Positions 63,115-64,000 of a DNA stretch of 64,000 nucleotides are shown here, one piece after another. Source of the DNA: Terriglobia bacterium. Lineage in GTDB: Bacteria; Acidobacteriota; Polarisedimenticolia; Polarisedimenticolales; JAIQFR01. Positions within the stretch are counted from its first letter, which is position 1; each line of letters opens with the position of its first letter. The DNA lies in contig CAVVHE010000009.1 of NCBI GenBank assembly GCA_963748015.1, positions 288,001 to 352,000 on the forward strand. The letters are read 5' to 3'. The translations under genes and the position numbers were made by a program. The notes under the pieces are model-generated. The model searched no databases and was not told where the DNA came from. It saw only the letters and a list, made by a program, of their open reading frames with translations.

Positions 63115-63575
63115 GGCGCCGCCTCCGCCGGCAGGGGCTCCTTGAACCAGGTGGTCCCCGGCCGCTCCAGCGTGTAGTGCACCTTGATGTCCGGGAGCTC
63201 CTCGAAGAGGCGCGGCACGACCTGCACGTCCATGCCGATCCGGATCTCCTCCTCCGGGATCGACTCGCCGAACCAGGCGAGCAGGCGCCCCGTCTCCTCG
63301 AGGTCCACGACGCCGATCGTGTACGGGACCTCGTCCTCGAACCCGGCGGGGGCCGCGTCGATCCGCGTCCAGGTGACGATCTTCCCGCGGCCGCTCAGCT
63401 CCTGCCAGCCGAAATCGCCGGAGAGGCACTTCGGGCAGTCGGCGCGCGGGGGGAAGGAGACGAGCCCGCACGCGGCGCAGCGGGACGCGACGATCCGCCC
63501 CGTCTTGAGGCGGTCGGCGAACTCCGCCACCTTGGTGTGAGGGCAGTAGCTGACTTTGCCGAACCATGAGAACAC
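63111..63575 (-). CDS. DUF35 Zn-ribbon/OB-fold acyl-CoA-binding protein
   Basis: CAAC...FPPRADCPKC, GKIVTWT, PYTIGVVDLEE; directly follows a thiolase. Confidence 0.88.
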   Translation of the reverse strand: MFSWFGKVSYCPHTKVAEFADRLKTGRIVASRCAACGLVSFPPRADCPKCLSGDFGWQELSGRGKIVTWTRIDAAPAGFEDEVPYTIGVVDLEETGRLLAWFGESIPEEEIRIGMDVQVVPRLFEELPDIKVHYTLERPGTTWFKEPLPAEAAP

Positions 63576-63579
63576 GGCG

Positions 63580-64000
63580 TCAGTCCCTCCGGTAGACGTT
63601 GACGAAGCAGTACTGCCCGATCCCGCCGACGTTGTGGGTCAGCCCGACGTCGGCGCCGGGAACCTGGCGCTCGCCGCACTCGCCGCGGAGCTGCCGCACG
63701 ATCTCGTAGGCCATCGACACGCCGGTCGCGCCGATCGGGTGCCCCTTCGCCTTGAGCCCGCCGTCCACGTTCACCGGCGTTGCGCCGCCGATGTAGGACT
63801 GACGCGCCTCGACGAAGGCGCCCCCCCGTCCCTTCTCGCAGAAGCCGAGGTCCTCGTACGCCATGATCTCGGCGATCGTGAAGCAGTCGTGGACGTCGGC
63901 GACCTTGACGTCGCGCGCCGCGATTCCCGCCATCGCGTAGGCCTGCCGCGAGGCCTCGGCCGCCGACGGCAGCCCGGTCAGGTCCGGCCGGCGCAGGACG
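63580..64000 (-). CDS. SCP2-type/archaeal-type thiolase, C-terminal part (runs off the window)
   Basis: VHDCFTIAE, EDLGF, NVDGGLKAKGHPIGATG, THNVGG. Confidence 0.88.
   Translation of the reverse strand, partial: VLRRPDLTGLPSAAEASRQAYAMAGIAARDVKVADVHDCFTIAEIMAYEDLGFCEKGRGGAFVEARQSYIGGATPVNVDGGLKAKGHPIGATGVSMAYEIVRQLRGECGERQVPGADVGLTHNVGGIGQYCFVNVYRRD

Overview
High-GC bacterial DNA. Acidobacteriota-like gene families are my inference, not proven. Many single-base frameshifts occur, several at homopolymer or short-repeat runs, which suggests uncorrected long-read errors. The window has four blocks. (1) 0-8.1 kb: a TonB-family gene, a sigma54-type promoter ahead of a cytochrome b plus 20-heme cytochrome c pair, and a beta-oxidation HAD/ECH fusion plus thiolase. 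(2) About 8.1-37.1 kb: a ~29-kb island bracketed by the thiolase 3' end and a degenerate direct copy of it. It carries kaiC-kaiB-kaiB-PAS/HisKA_3 kinase (no kaiA), a divergent group-2-like sigma70, a second kinase with an RsbU_N-like domain, a NarL-family regulator, and general-stress/envelope genes (YtxH, Lmo0937-like, DUF6600 x2, PLC, PLD, PBP1A, DUF3494 ice-binding lipoprotein, SYLF). The main non-annotated signal is a ~20-bp pseudo-palindromic box (consensus GGTAGGGTTWCACCCCATGG) that I found 12 times, only inside this island. Eleven copies point into the next gene, with a -10-like hexamer 22 nt downstream (23 nt in one case). This looks like a self-contained, autoregulated regulon that may be the output of a KaiBC module. 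(3) 37-50 kb: secreted VCBS/FG-GAP, dockerin/cohesin and EamA genes. (4) 50-64 kb: an anaerobic benzoyl-CoA-pathway-like cluster (BCR/HgdB-type subunit, two activases, dch, had, CoA ligases, thiolase+DUF35). It includes an unusual fusion of ketopantoate reductase to a dehydratase/BCR-type domain that lacks the three conserved Cys of its paralog. No rRNA, tRNA, CRISPR array, integrase or transposase was recognised.
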